A stretch of DNA of 42,949 nt from Octopus bimaculoides (lineage: Eukaryota), in contig NC_068985.1 of NCBI RefSeq assembly GCF_001194135.2, positions 27,963,232 through 28,006,180 of the forward strand, in the 5' to 3' direction. Below are positions 1 to 12,310 of this stretch, piece after piece. The stretch's first letter is position 1, and the number at the start of each line of letters is the position of its first letter. The translations under genes were made by a program, and so were the position numbers. Under the pieces are notes generated by a model. The model was not told the DNA's origin and did no database searches. It saw only the letters and a program-made list of their open reading frames with translations.

Positions 1-66
1 ATATATATATATATGCATGTATGTATGTGCGTATGTATTTATGCATATATGAAATATTTAACCCAC

Positions 67-410
67 TGTACCATTTGTATAATATGGAAAATCTCGCAGC
101 TACATTGCCCACATAATGTTGGCATCAACTTTAAAATTCACCCAAGACTTGGTCCCTCTGCCATCCGTCCTCCATAACAATTATGCTCGCGTCACAACGC
201 TAAGAACTATTTCACCCCCGCCCAAATAGCTCTGTTCTCTTTAACACCAACCAAGACACATAAGAGATGAAAAAGATATCATTGCATTCAACTGTTTCTT
301 GATCGAATATCTCCATCAGATTCCAGATAAACCACCCACACCTGGATATATCTTTCCAAATCATAAGTCTTTAGTCGAATGGGCTATGGTGCCCAAAGTA
401 AAACTGTAAA
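67..410 (+). mobile_element. 3' fragment of a CR1-group LINE (post-RT C-terminal region), frameshifted
   Basis: Manual translation across frameshifts: CIIWKISQLHCPHNVGINFKIHPRLGP...PRHIRDEKDIIAFNCFLIEYLHQIPD..PTPGYIFPNHKSLVEW. This follows the WKI...FK..LD.YL..IPD.P...N.SL pattern of CR1/L2-group ORF2 C-termini (recognised from memory). Confidence 0.7.
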
Positions 411-491
411 ATGAAACATCATTAAAAATATTTTTCAGTTGTGCTATTAAGTTAGAGATGGTTTGGGCTAATTCTTGCCGAAACTTTTCTA

Positions 492-813
492 NNNNNNNNN
501 NNNNNNNNNNNNNNNNNNNNNNNNNNNNNNNNNNNNNNNNNNNNNNNNNNNNNNNNNNNNNNNNNNNNNNNNNNNNNNNNNNNNNNNNNNNNNNNNNNNN
601 NNNNNNNNNNNNNNNNNNNNNNNNNNNNNNNNNNNNNNNNNNNNNNNNNNNNNNNNNNNNNNNNNNNNNNNNNNNNNNNNNNNNNNNNNNNNNNNNNNNN
701 NNNNNNNNNNNNNNNNNNNNNNNNNNNNNNNNNNNNNNNNNNNNNNNNNNNNNNNNNNNNNNNNNNNNNNNNNNNNNNNNNNNNNNNNNNNNNNNNNNNN
801 NNNNNNNNNNNNN
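492..813. other. Assembly gap (first of nine: also 1884-1954, 4371-5353, 13421-13430, 15844-16655, 18479-19217, 23406-23537, 28787-28796, 38714-39256)
   Basis: N runs; seven of the nine abut (TA)n tracts, the other two trinucleotide tracts. Confidence 0.99.
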
Positions 814-856
<43 letters not shown>

Positions 857-1294
857 TGCACATACATGTATGCACATACAATTATGAATACACGCTCACA
901 CACCTTTAATATATGTGAAAGTCCGATAATATATATATATATATATATGTAAAATTCGTATTCTATCGTTAGTGTGTGGATATTCACCTCCTTGTATATT
1001 TGTCATACGAATGAAATAAAGTAAATGTATCCGAGAGGTTTTGATCCTACTTCTTAATTCTTGTGGTGTTGATAAAAGCAATACCAGTGATTTAAAATGG
1101 ATCAGTGTAATCACCAGTAACACACTTTCCTCAAATTTGTAGCCTCGTAGCAATTAAAGACAAGAGTCATTGGTTCATTAATTATCATGATTGAGTAATT
1201 AACAAATAACAAATACTAATTGAATAAAATATAAGAAATCAAATTATTCTATTTCACTTTATTGAAATATTAATATTAAATTTTCTAATATTAA

Positions 1295-1490
1295 TATACA
1301 AGGTCCCATATTTTGGGAGAGATGACTCGGAAGAGCCCGCTATTTGATTGGTATTTTATTTTGTTGACCGTAGAGGAATGAAATCAAATTTGATCTCAGT
1401 GACTATTTGAAGCAACAATATAGTGACGCAGTTAAGCAGCGGAAGCATTTTAGTCGACCTTTTGAACGTTTTTGCCAAATCCAAAGTTCG
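1295..1490 (-). mobile_element. Decayed SINE family A copy
   Basis: Alignable by eye to the reverse complement of the clean copy at 24266-24483 (tail, central domain, head). Confidence 0.55.
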
Positions 1491-1730
1491 TTATTTTTAA
1501 CATATGTAATAATAATCATAACCGCAGAATCGTTTAGAGTAGTGGACAAATACTTATTCTTCTCCAATGTTCATTTATATTATTTTGCATTCTTATTTCG
1601 AATCCAGTGGATGCCAAATTTACCTTTTTAACCTTTTGGAATGCATTGAAAGAAGTGACTATTTGAGATTTTATCGAATATATCCATCCCTCTCCAAAAC
1701 TTGAGACTTCCTACCTACGTAATAAATCGT

Positions 1731-1731
1731 G

Positions 1732-1784
<53 letters not shown>

Positions 1785-2032
1785 TATCGTCATCATCATT
1801 GTCATTATCACAACCACCACCGGCACCATCACCACCATCATCATCATCGTCGTCGTCGTCCCCCCCTCCTCCTCCTCCTCCTCNNNNNNNNNNNNNNNNN
1901 NNNNNNNNNNNNNNNNNNNNNNNNNNNNNNNNNNNNNNNNNNNNNNNNNNNNNNCATCATCATCATCATCATCATCGTCGTCGTCGTCGTCGACGTCAGC
2001 GGCAGCAGCGGCAGCAGCAGCAGCAGCAGCTT
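1731..2032. repeat. Compound trinucleotide microsatellite (CAT)n/(CAC)n/(CGT)n/(CCT)n/(CAG)n spanning a gap
   Basis: Directly visible. Confidence 0.97.
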
Positions 2033-2248
2033 CTTCATTTGAAAATGCAGAATTTTGTTTCGAATTTACACAGAATAACAGTAAATATATCGTTGACATA
2101 ATCACTCCGATGTATTATAGTTATGCAACTTTTATTTCTTTTTTATATGTGCGACATATTGTGCATGTACTTTTTTTCACCTTCACGTGCCCGTAACACG
2201 TATATCGTTTCAATAAGTCAACATACCAGCAGACATGAAATAAATAAT

Positions 2249-2292
<44 letters not shown>

Positions 2293-2774
2293 ATGTATGT
2301 ATAACAGATAAATAAATAAAAATGAAGAAGAACAAGTAGAAAAAATTCTTTATAGCAAACAATGGCGCAATCTACATCCGGGCTCTTGGAAACATTTTAA
2401 CTCGGAAGGAGAACGCAATGTAAAGATCACGTGTTTGCAAATGGTGTCTGTCGACAACAAGACAGGTCGATAATTTATTCTAATCAATAAGCTTAAAAAG
2501 TCAGAGTAAAAAAAATGCCCTAATACAAGCAAAAATAAACAAAATATAACTCAAAAGTAAAAAAGAATGTTCTAAATGCTAAAAATAAATAAATATATTT
2601 GTAAATAATTAATGCGGTCTAAATTAGTTAATAGAATCATATCAAAAATATTAAAACAAACAGCATTTATTTCATAGGATAGCTAACTAACCAGGTATGG
2701 ACTACAAGAAATACTATGGGAAACAATACGACTACATTACAATCAAACCAACAAAGAGCCTAAATGTGATCATT

Positions 2775-2975
2775 AGATTAGCTAGAAATAGCAGTCACAA
2801 CATTCTTCTTATCACATATTGCCGGTATAAAAAAGATGAAAGTAAAGGAAGGATTACAGTAGATAATTTATTGATAAGTATCTTTAAATTGATGGGATTG
2901 CCATGGCCGGAATATCTCTGACTTAATCGTAAGTGTGCTTGATCGAAGTTGACGTGGGTCGAACAAGATCAACAC
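2775..2975 (+). mobile_element. Decayed family D retroposon 3' portion
   Basis: GCTAGAAATAGCAG ... GGAAT..CTCTGA...GTTGACGTGGG motifs shared with copies at 35790, 36110 and the minus copy at 39930. Confidence 0.5.
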
Positions 2976-5433
2976 AAACTATAGCAACAAAAATCTACGA
3001 CATATTGAAATAGTTGCAATGAAGTAGCAGACGATCATTGTTTCAGCCTTTCAATAAATTGGATTTAAAATGTAAGTTTATAATAAAATTGAAAATAAAG
3101 TTTATGGAACGTAAAGAGAAATGATAAATTAATCAAAAAATGACAAGTTCAGTAACAAAAGAGAGAGGTGAAACCGATGGGACACAAATAATAGTTGAAA
3201 CGCAAATAGTTGCAAATTGGAAGGAGAAAAGAGATTGCATGGTGAAAAGAGAGATTGAATGATAGCAAGATAGATAGACAGAGATAAAGAGAGATAAAGA
3301 GAGAGAGCGAAATGAGAGAAATAGTGAGAGTAAGAGGAGACACATCAATGAAAAGGAAGTATAGAGATCGATGAGATATGAGAAGGTAGAGATTGATAGA
3401 GATATGTGAAGGTAGCAGTTTTGATGGATAACACTTGTTCTAAAAGACTGTCGAAAAGTAGTCGGGCGGAGAGTGGTGTCGATGAAAGACGTACGAGAAG
3501 TAGAAAGCAAAACAGGGACGAGGAACGAATAATAGAAAATTTCATTTTCTGATAAACCATATCATATCATATCATATCATATACCCACCCCATTCAAATC
3601 ATTATATTAAAACAGCTATCAATTTAAGGGGTACTATTTAGTGCGGAAGAGTTTTAGGTAGGTAGATAGACGATAGCTGTGAGTTATAGTGAGATGAGTA
3701 ACCAAACAGTTCGATTTCATATAATATAGTTACATAACCAAATCTAAAAATCCCTTCGTCTCCCTAGCACACACACACATGCAAAGAAAAATTGTGTTTG
3801 TGTGTGTGTTCATATTTGTGCTCGTGTGTGTGAGCATGTGTGTGTGTAAGTCAGTGTGTGTGAGTATATCTATAAATGTGTGTGTGCGTGTGTGTGTGTG
3901 TGTTTGTGTGGGTGATTAAAACCCTCAATGAAAAAGTTCTCAAGAAATGTAGCAGTTTAAATATTCATATATTTATTAATTTATAGATTCAAGCTCCTGA
4001 TAAGACTGTTGATAAATTCAATAACTTTAAATGTTGTTCCTGCTTCATCAATAAGATTAAATGTTGCATAACCACAGCCCCAAGGTTACCCTTAGGGATG
4101 CGCTACTAGAGCTACTATTCGTCAGCTAAGAGTATTCATCTTCTGTTGTATAACTACCCAAGAAGTACTTGAATGCTGACAAAATTGGAGAGCGATCACA
4201 CAAAGCCAAACATTATTGGGAGCTGAGGAGAGGGGCTTTAGAATATACATATGCATACATATATAAATACACACATACATACATACATACATACATACAG
4301 GCATACGTATATTGTGTGTTTGTGCATGTATATATATATATATTATACATATATATAATGTATATATATANNNNNNNNNNNNNNNNNNNNNNNNNNNNNN
4401 NNNNNNNNNNNNNNNNNNNNNNNNNNNNNNNNNNNNNNNNNNNNNNNNNNNNNNNNNNNNNNNNNNNNNNNNNNNNNNNNNNNNNNNNNNNNNNNNNNNN
4501 NNNNNNNNNNNNNNNNNNNNNNNNNNNNNNNNNNNNNNNNNNNNNNNNNNNNNNNNNNNNNNNNNNNNNNNNNNNNNNNNNNNNNNNNNNNNNNNNNNNN
4601 NNNNNNNNNNNNNNNNNNNNNNNNNNNNNNNNNNNNNNNNNNNNNNNNNNNNNNNNNNNNNNNNNNNNNNNNNNNNNNNNNNNNNNNNNNNNNNNNNNNN
4701 NNNNNNNNNNNNNNNNNNNNNNNNNNNNNNNNNNNNNNNNNNNNNNNNNNNNNNNNNNNNNNNNNNNNNNNNNNNNNNNNNNNNNNNNNNNNNNNNNNNN
4801 NNNNNNNNNNNNNNNNNNNNNNNNNNNNNNNNNNNNNNNNNNNNNNNNNNNNNNNNNNNNNNNNNNNNNNNNNNNNNNNNNNNNNNNNNNNNNNNNNNNN
4901 NNNNNNNNNNNNNNNNNNNNNNNNNNNNNNNNNNNNNNNNNNNNNNNNNNNNNNNNNNNNNNNNNNNNNNNNNNNNNNNNNNNNNNNNNNNNNNNNNNNN
5001 NNNNNNNNNNNNNNNNNNNNNNNNNNNNNNNNNNNNNNNNNNNNNNNNNNNNNNNNNNNNNNNNNNNNNNNNNNNNNNNNNNNNNNNNNNNNNNNNNNNN
5101 NNNNNNNNNNNNNNNNNNNNNNNNNNNNNNNNNNNNNNNNNNNNNNNNNNNNNNNNNNNNNNNNNNNNNNNNNNNNNNNNNNNNNNNNNNNNNNNNNNNN
5201 NNNNNNNNNNNNNNNNNNNNNNNNNNNNNNNNNNNNNNNNNNNNNNNNNNNNNNNNNNNNNNNNNNNNNNNNNNNNNNNNNNNNNNNNNNNNNNNNNNNN
5301 NNNNNNNNNNNNNNNNNNNNNNNNNNNNNNNNNNNNNNNNNNNNNNNNNNNNNAGAAAAATAACAGAAAATATACATATGATCTACATTTTCAAAAAGTC
5401 GCTACAGTTTCTCTTCATTATTACTAATTATAA

Positions 5434-5621
5434 AGCGGCGAGCTGGTAGAAACGTTAGCACACAGAGAAATTCTTTGCACATTTCCTCTGTCTTTACGTT
5501 CTGAGTTCAAATTTCACCGAGGTCGACTTTGACTTTCATCCTTTCGGGGTCGATAAATTATGTACCAGTTGTGTACTGGGGTCGATCTAATTTCGGGCCT
5601 TGTGCCTAGAGTAGAAAAGAT
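5434..5621 (+). mobile_element. tRNA-derived SINE family A
   Basis: A-box-like TGGTAGAAACGTTAGC, B-box GAGTTCAAAT, central GTCGACTTTGACTTTCATCCTTTCGGGGTCGATAAATTATGTACCAG, tail GCCTTGTGCCTAGAGTAGAAAAGA; candidate TSD ATTACT(A/G)ATTA on both sides. Confidence 0.9.
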
Positions 5622-5639
5622 CATTACTGATTAACATTA

Positions 5640-5830
5640 GTGACGAGCTGGCAGAATCGTTAGCACGCTGGAAAACTACTAAAAGGTATTCTTCCTGCTT
5701 CATTTCCTTCTGAGTTCAAATCACGCTGACTTCGTCTTTTGCCTTGATCTTCTCGGACTTTATAAAATACAACAACAGTCAAGCACCGAAACGATGTAAT
5801 CGACTAGCCTCCTTACCTACGTTTCAGAAC
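5640..5830 (+). mobile_element. Older SINE family A copy directly downstream
   Basis: GACGAGCTGGCAGAATCGTTAGCACG head and CTGAGTTCAAAT B-box, with a decayed core. Confidence 0.75.
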
Positions 5831-5934
5831 TCGACTTACACTAGAAACAATTATGCATCGTATGTGATGTGATCGTATTAACACATGAATTTTGATGTAG
5901 TCTGGTCTACTAGTGGTTAGGAAGGTGGCAATTC

Positions 5935-6366
5935 AATTGTCAAAAATTTATTCGAGAATTGAGTCAAACTTTGGTATTGTCAGTTACATATACAGCAGGA
6001 TTGGACGCCACTGCATAGTACCAAAAAATCCCCACATTGCCGTCAGGATACAGGACCAAATACTGCAACAGCTTGGGTTTCAAAGGCCCACAGCACTTCC
6101 ATGTCCTCACACAGAGCCTGGGAGATCTGCATGGCGTGGATGTAGGCTTTTTCAAAGCAAAACTGAATCTCCTTCTGTGAAGAGCTCCAGATGAACCTAC
6201 CTCAAGACAAGAAACACAGATGATGGCAGCAACGTCAAACTCCCTCGTCCACCATATGTCACACATGAGAGGCGATTTAGTGAAAGTGAAGCAAAGTAAA
6301 TGGCGATGCCTCAGCATGGCCACAGTACTTAGAAAGAAACTTAACAGAAAAAAAAAACAGAAAAAA
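5935..6366 (+). mobile_element. 3' end of a CR1-group LINE (second subfamily), frameshift plus stop, A-rich end
   Basis: Translation NFGIVSYIYSRIGRHCIVPK/PTLPSGYRTKYCNSLGFKGPQHFHVLTQSLGDLHGVDVGFFKAKLNLLL*RAPDEPTSRQETQMMAATSNSL matches the GR.C.VP...GP.LFN.LP...FK..LD...PD.P...SNSL pattern. Confidence 0.8.
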
Positions 6367-7508
6367 TCTCAATGCCAGAAAATAATGTCAGCTCATCCGG
6401 TAAAGCATTTGAATGGGCATGAACACTATTTTGAATAAGTATATACAGTATTTTGTGAGCAGAATTAGTAGAGCTAATTTGGCCTAATTGTTACCGTCGT
6501 CACTCAGCAGGGCTTAATCTGAGTTCATACCCTTGACGGTATCCTTTCTACAGCTTTAAAATGTCCTTGTTAACGACTCATTTATGGCATATATATATAT
6601 ATATATATATGCGTATAAGGACACATACATCTACATTTGATATATATATATGTATATATATATAGGCACAGATATTGCGTTCATTTGGTTGGAAAACAGT
6701 TGTCTCTAAAGACAGGAACCCTGATACTCTTTTAATACCATCTTAGGAATGTTTTCTTTCGCCAAGCCAATAGATGGCGTGTTACATAATTTCTATATGT
6801 ATGTGATTTCTATATGAATGTATTACATATATATGCCTAACGGCGGCAGTTTTTTTCTCTTCTCACGATTCTCTACTACATTGGTAGGTAATAAGATTTG
6901 AGAGATTAATAACACCGTAAAATACATATCAGGAATAAAAATATTATAGCAATTATATCGCGGGAGAGATATTTTAGCCGTTTGACAACACACAAAACGT
7001 TATATTTGCATTCCATATATTTCTCAAGATATCAGAATATTCGTCGCATCATTGTTCGCTAGTTGCAGAAAAAAGTTCCTCTGTAATTGTGCAAATGTTA
7101 CTTATTTAAACACTAAAAAAAAAAAAAGACTTCAAGGACTATAACAACTTCTTCGCAACTAACGTTCTAACAGTTGCAATGAAACTCTAATTATTATGTC
7201 GCAATGGTTTGACGAAGATTTTAATATCTTATGAAGTAAATTTATTTGGAACATAACTGTTTTGTGACTTTTTAGACGACTAAAATGGCTTTTCCACGAT
7301 GCATTTGATTTCCATTTCAATACATTCGGTTTCTCATAAGTTTGCTTGACAAGGAAGGACAAATCGCAAAATATAATAAACTCTTTCCACCTTAATGAAC
7401 GGGCCTCTATTTATTGTATGGATGCATGGTTGCTTTACTTTGCCTTCTGATATATACATACTATACACACACGTATATATATTATACAAACATATATATA
7501 TTATGTAC

Positions 7509-7617
<109 letters not shown>

Positions 7618-7624
7618 CGTAGAT

Positions 7625-7658
<34 letters not shown>

Positions 7659-7778
7659 ACTTAGATATGCTTCGACCAAAGATTGGTCCAGGCCATGCCT
7701 AACTTTATATGTATTTTTATACACATAAATACACACACATGTTTATATATCGCGTGCGCGCGCACACACACACGTACA

Positions 7779-7825
<47 letters not shown>

Positions 7826-8340
7826 ACAAACATATAAGTATAGGTTTATATGTGTGTATATGTATGTATTCTATTATATCCACTCCAGTAGTTACCAGTA
7901 GATACTTCTTCCATTTTGAGTTCAAATCTTTCGGTATCAATTTTGCTCCTCATCCTTATGATAAAATAATGCACCACTTAAATACAAGGAACAACTTACC
8001 CCATTAATCCACGCTCACGAATTTTTGACCTTAAGCTCAGGCTCAAAATTGCTATACGTATTAAATGTAGCATCAATTGTATCGTGACGTCGCTGAAAAT
8101 GAAGTCGTTTGTTTCAGTTTCTTTTGGTTTTTGTTTTATTTAACGGCATATTCGGAAGAGACGGAGTGGCATTCATGACTCTTTTTCCAGAATTATTCCA
8201 TAACTTTTACAGAAAGTTATTATCCGATCTCAGATTTTAACGTAATTCTAGAAACAGTGTGAAGTCTGCTAAAGTTATCTTATGACGAAGTGATGGTGTT
8301 AAAGGAAACTTTATTCCTTGCAATAGCTGACGTCTTTGAA

Positions 8341-8560
8341 GGTGGGGCACTGGAGGAATCGTTAGTATGCCGGGAAAAATAATTAGCAGCGTTTCGTCTA
8401 TATTTATGTTGAGTTCAAATGCCCCCGGAATCGATGCAACCTTTCATCCTTTCTGGGTCTACAGAATAAGTTTGATTTTATAGACTTTGGGTTGATTCAA
8501 TCGACTTAACTCCCCCACCCGATATTGCTAGCCTTGTGCCCAAATCTGAAACTAATAATT
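8341..8560 (+). mobile_element. Decayed SINE family A copy
   Basis: GGAATCGTTAG head, GAGTTCAAAT, CCTTTCATCCTTTCTGGGTC, ATCGACTT, GCCTTGTGCC tail. Confidence 0.75.
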
Positions 8561-8629
8561 GGCGCCTTGTCTTTTATTTCCTTGATTTGAATTATGTCTC
8601 CGCTGGTTGAGAAACGTCTATATTTCTCT

Positions 8630-9195
8630 GTTATCGTTTACTTGTTCCATTCATTGGCTTGCAGCCACACTGGGGCACTACCTAGAAGGGATTTAGTCGA
8701 ACAAACCGACTCCAGCACTTGTGTTTATTTTGCTGTTTTGCTATCAAGTATTCTAGTGGTCTTTTTTGCTGAGCCGCTAAGTTAAGGGTCTATAATACAA
8801 TCAACACCGGTTCTCAAGCGGTGGTGTTTTGAAACAGACGCAAAAAGGGACACACGGATATATACATACATATTTATATAAAGGCATTACTACAGAATAA
8901 TGCCACACACTAGACTTCCAAAATAAACACATTCTATTGGAAGTCTAATGTGTGGCATTATTCTGTAGTAATGCCCTTATATAAATATAAATGAATAATC
9001 ATATTCTTGGGAATAAAAAAAATGATGGTTTTTTTTCTCTTATGAATTTTTTACACACTAGCTTCCTGATAAAATTCTTGTAAAAGATTTTTATCCCATT
9101 ATTGAATTACATACATACATACATACATATTGGTCGGTCTGGGGCTGTAGTAGACCACAGTTGCGCAAAGTTCCATGCAGTGTGATTGAACTTCA
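8630..9195 (-). mobile_element. Old SINE family C copy split by an expanded internal linker
   Basis: 3' half at 8630-8860 and 5' half fragment at 9130-9195 align to the clean copy at 17498-17922; about 270 bp of microsatellite plus inserts lie between them. Confidence 0.65.
8870..8988. mobile_element. Palindromic MITE-like element in TA context
   Basis: 52-bp inverted arms (8870-8921 and 8937-8988, 2 mismatches) around a 15-nt spacer. Confidence 0.75.
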
Positions 9196-9224
9196 ATATT
9201 TCTATTTTGTTAATTGTTTTGTTT

Positions 9225-9480
9225 TTCGGCAAGAATAATCAGAAAAGACAACTGATGTCAAGTCTTGAAGAATATGAAGAAATTGCGAGAGTTGTTAACA
9301 ATCTGAGCCCTGTGGAACAAATTGAAATCCCTAGACCTTGTGGTGCTAAACTGAACCTTACTTGTCGGTCGTATCTACCTCTGTTCTGCAATGGTTTTTA
9401 TTTGCTCCATAACAAACCGATTTTTATGTGACCCGTGCATCCACTTTTGCCAGGACTCTAGAATGGCTGGTATCATCATT
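9225..9480 (-). mobile_element. Possible highly decayed R4/Dong-type fragment
   Basis: Frame-hopping translation WQKWMHG-x17-Q.*IR...FSLAPQ...HI-x11-Y..R partly keeps the spacing of the FHG...QQWLR...IAAQD...HIVSGC...Y motifs in the copy at 31777. Confidence 0.3.
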
Positions 9481-9517
9481 TTAATGACTCTAACCACACG
9501 AATATCAGTCGATGATA

Positions 9518-9551
9518 TGAGAGAGAGAGAGAGAGAGGAGGGCGAGATAAA

Positions 9552-9616
<65 letters not shown>
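9518..9616. repeat. (GA)n microsatellite
   Basis: Directly visible. Confidence 0.98.
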
Positions 9617-9619
<3 letters not shown>

Positions 9620-10139
9620 TTGAAAGAGGTGGGGAGAAGAGAAAGCAAATTTATTAGCTGACTGGCACTTTATTTTATCATCCCTAGAAGCAAAAATGGC
9701 CTCGGCATGATTGGAACACCGTGCGAAGATCCGAACCAGTACCAGAAGGATTTATTTGTCCGAAGGTGTAACGATCCTGCCAATCGACTGCTCCATTGAA
9801 GTGGAAGCAGTATATTATAGTGAGCACGTTCAGATGGATAGAGACTATTGTAGTAACGAAAGAAGAGACGGAGAATGAATTGCAACCGTGGTGACTAGTA
9901 TTCATCAGACTGCCGGCTTTTACGTGGATGGCATGAGGAATCTATATAATTCTTTAAATGTGCGTGTACATCGGTATAATTGTGTGTGTGTGTATGTGTC
10001 TGTTATGTATGTGTATAATGTGTTGCGTTGTGCTGTGTGGGTGTATATGTATGTGTGTGTGATGTTATGTAGCGTGTGTGTGATGTTATGCAGTGTGTGT
10101 GTGTGTGTGTGTGTTGATTTTGATTGTACAAATGTAAAA

Positions 10140-10411
10140 ATAGGGCTGGGTTATTATCCATGATGGTGTCTGGTTATGGTGGGGATAAAAGTGCCGGTGT
10201 GAGGTGACAGAGGTACAGACAGATGGGGGTGGTGGTGTGAAGCTAACAGTGGTAGTTGCGAAGATAAAGGTGGTGGCGGTGTAAGTGTAGGTAGGACGAT
10301 GCAGTGTTGGTGGTTGCGATGGCAGTAATGGATCTAAATGTGATGACGGTCGCGTTGGAGGTAACGATCAAAGTATGAAAGCTAATAGATAAGGTGGGGG
10401 TGATAGTAGTT

Positions 10412-10457
<46 letters not shown>

Positions 10458-11080
10458 AGATGCGACAGTACTGGCAGTGGTGATGGTGGTGATGATGATG
10501 ATAATTGAATAACGGCGGTAGTGCTGGGCCTAGAAAAATGATAAGACGTAATATAAATGGTCGATGTAGTAGTAGTAGTAGCAGCAGTAGTAGTTATAGT
10601 CGTCGTCGTCTTCGTCGTCGTCGTCTTCGTCGTCGTCGTCGTCGTCGTAGTAGTAGTAGTAGTGGTGGTTCTAATGGTGGTGGTATTTAGTGGTGGTTGC
10701 AGTAGTGAAGGTGGTTGTAGTAGGAGTAGTGGTTATAGTAGTGAAGGTGGTTGTAGTAGGAGTAGTGGTTATAGTAGCGAATATGTGGCGGTAATGTTTG
10801 TACGGTGGTGGGAGGGTTAGCGGTAGCTGGAGTGACAGTGTTGACACAGGTGTGGTGGTAGTGGTGGTAGTAGTGACGTTGTAGGTGGTGGCATCTTTGC
10901 GTGTATAAGCGGGTGGTAGTGATCATTTAGTTGGTAGTCAAAGAGAGAGAGAGAGAGAGTTGCAACGTTGGTCCTGCAGGTGAGGGTCTTGGTGACACTT
11001 GTGTTGGTGTAGGTTGCACTGGTGATGGTGTAGAGGTGGGAGGGACGACTGTTTCCATATCTATGTGCATTTAAGTGCGC
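10140..11080. repeat. G-rich low-complexity tract of decayed (GGT/GTA/GTC)n, with a 36-bp tandem duplication at 10701-10772
   Basis: AGTAGTGAAGGTGGTTGTAGTAGGAGTAGTGGTTAT occurs twice in tandem; the flanks are trinucleotide-derived. Confidence 0.9.
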
Positions 11081-11095
11081 ATGACTATTACAGAA

Positions 11096-11145
<50 letters not shown>

Positions 11146-11290
11146 CCAACGTCGTGTATGTGAGCTATGTGTGTTTGAGTGTATCAGGTATCCGCTAATA
11201 TATAAGGTACATACGTATGTTTGCATATGTAAATACTTATACATAATAATAATATCTAATCGTGTGTGTGTGTGTGTGTGTGTATGTATA

Positions 11291-11523
11291 CTCTTTTACT
11301 CTTTTACTCTTTTATGTGTTTCAGTCATTTCACTGCGGCCATGCTGGAGCACCACCTTTAGTCGAACAAATCGACCCCAGGACTTATGTTTTTGTAAGCC
11401 TAGTGCTTATTCTATCAGTCTATTCTTTTGCCGAACCGCTAAGTTACGGGGACGTAAACACACCAGCATCAGTTGTCAAGCGATGTCGGGAGAACAAACA
11501 CAGACACACAAACATATACATAG

Positions 11524-11603
<80 letters not shown>

Positions 11604-11762
11604 GACAGGTTTCTTTCAGTTTCCGTCTACCAAATCCACTCACAAGGCTTTGGTCGGCCCAAGGCTATAGTAGAAGACACTTGCCCAAGGTGCCACGCAG
11701 TGGGACTGAACCCAGAACCATGTGGTTGGGAAGAAAATTTCTTACCACACAGCCACGCCTGT
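11291..11762 (-). mobile_element. SINE family C (tRNA head, CORE-like segment, internal microsatellite, 3' module, octamer tail repeat)
   Basis: On the minus strand: GGCGTGGCTGTGTGGTAAG head, GGGTTCAGTCCC B-box, TTGGGCAAGTGTCTTC, (TA)n linker, CAGCATGGCCGCAGT and a (TAAAAGAG)n terminus. Confidence 0.92.
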
Positions 11763-12310
11763 ATGCATGAATATCTATGAGTGTGTGTATGTGTGTGTGT
11801 GTATGTGTATAAATATATTGTACGTCGTTGTGTGACTATGTTTATGCTGAGTGAGTCTGTATGTGTCTGCATGCATCCATCTGTGAGTTTTCTAGAATGG
11901 CAAGATTTTGGGTGGAATAAGTGAACCAGACTGTATATGTAAAAGTATTTAATTTCGCCACACTAACTTTGAGTTCAAATCTGACCAGTTTTTAATTCAC
12001 ATTTCTCTAAGGGGTCGATAATAAAATAGTTATAAGATGCTGGAGTTGGCACAGTAGATTTAAATTGTCTTAGGGAGTTGTTGCTATGTTAGAATTCAGT
12101 TAATATGTCACAGAAAGACTTCTAAAAAATTGAAAAGAATAATCGAAAATCAGAAGAAAATGTAAATATATATATATATATAAAACCCATAAATTGTACA
12201 ACTCTATGTGATATTCATGCTTAACTGAGAAAAACGAAATAGATAAATAAATTAGCTGGAATTGAACCCAGATATTCAGATTGCTAAAACAAAAATAAAA
12301 GAACGAATAA

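Noticed and set aside
2360-2470. MAQSTSG/WKHFNSEGERNVKITC as a BED zinc finger or hAT start
   Set aside because: It needs a frameshift, lacks the second Cys and His ligands, and no TIRs were seen.
361-5449. Long ORFs in the track that span N runs (also 15739-16716, 18334-19283, 38674-39417)
   Set aside because: Their length comes from X residues; the flanking peptides are (TA)n translations such as YIYI.
9250-9400. VPQGS (RT domain) or NNSRNFFIF (GPCR TM7) readings on the minus strand
   Set aside because: Single short motifs with wrong spacing to neighbouring motifs and several stops; competing readings are equally weak.
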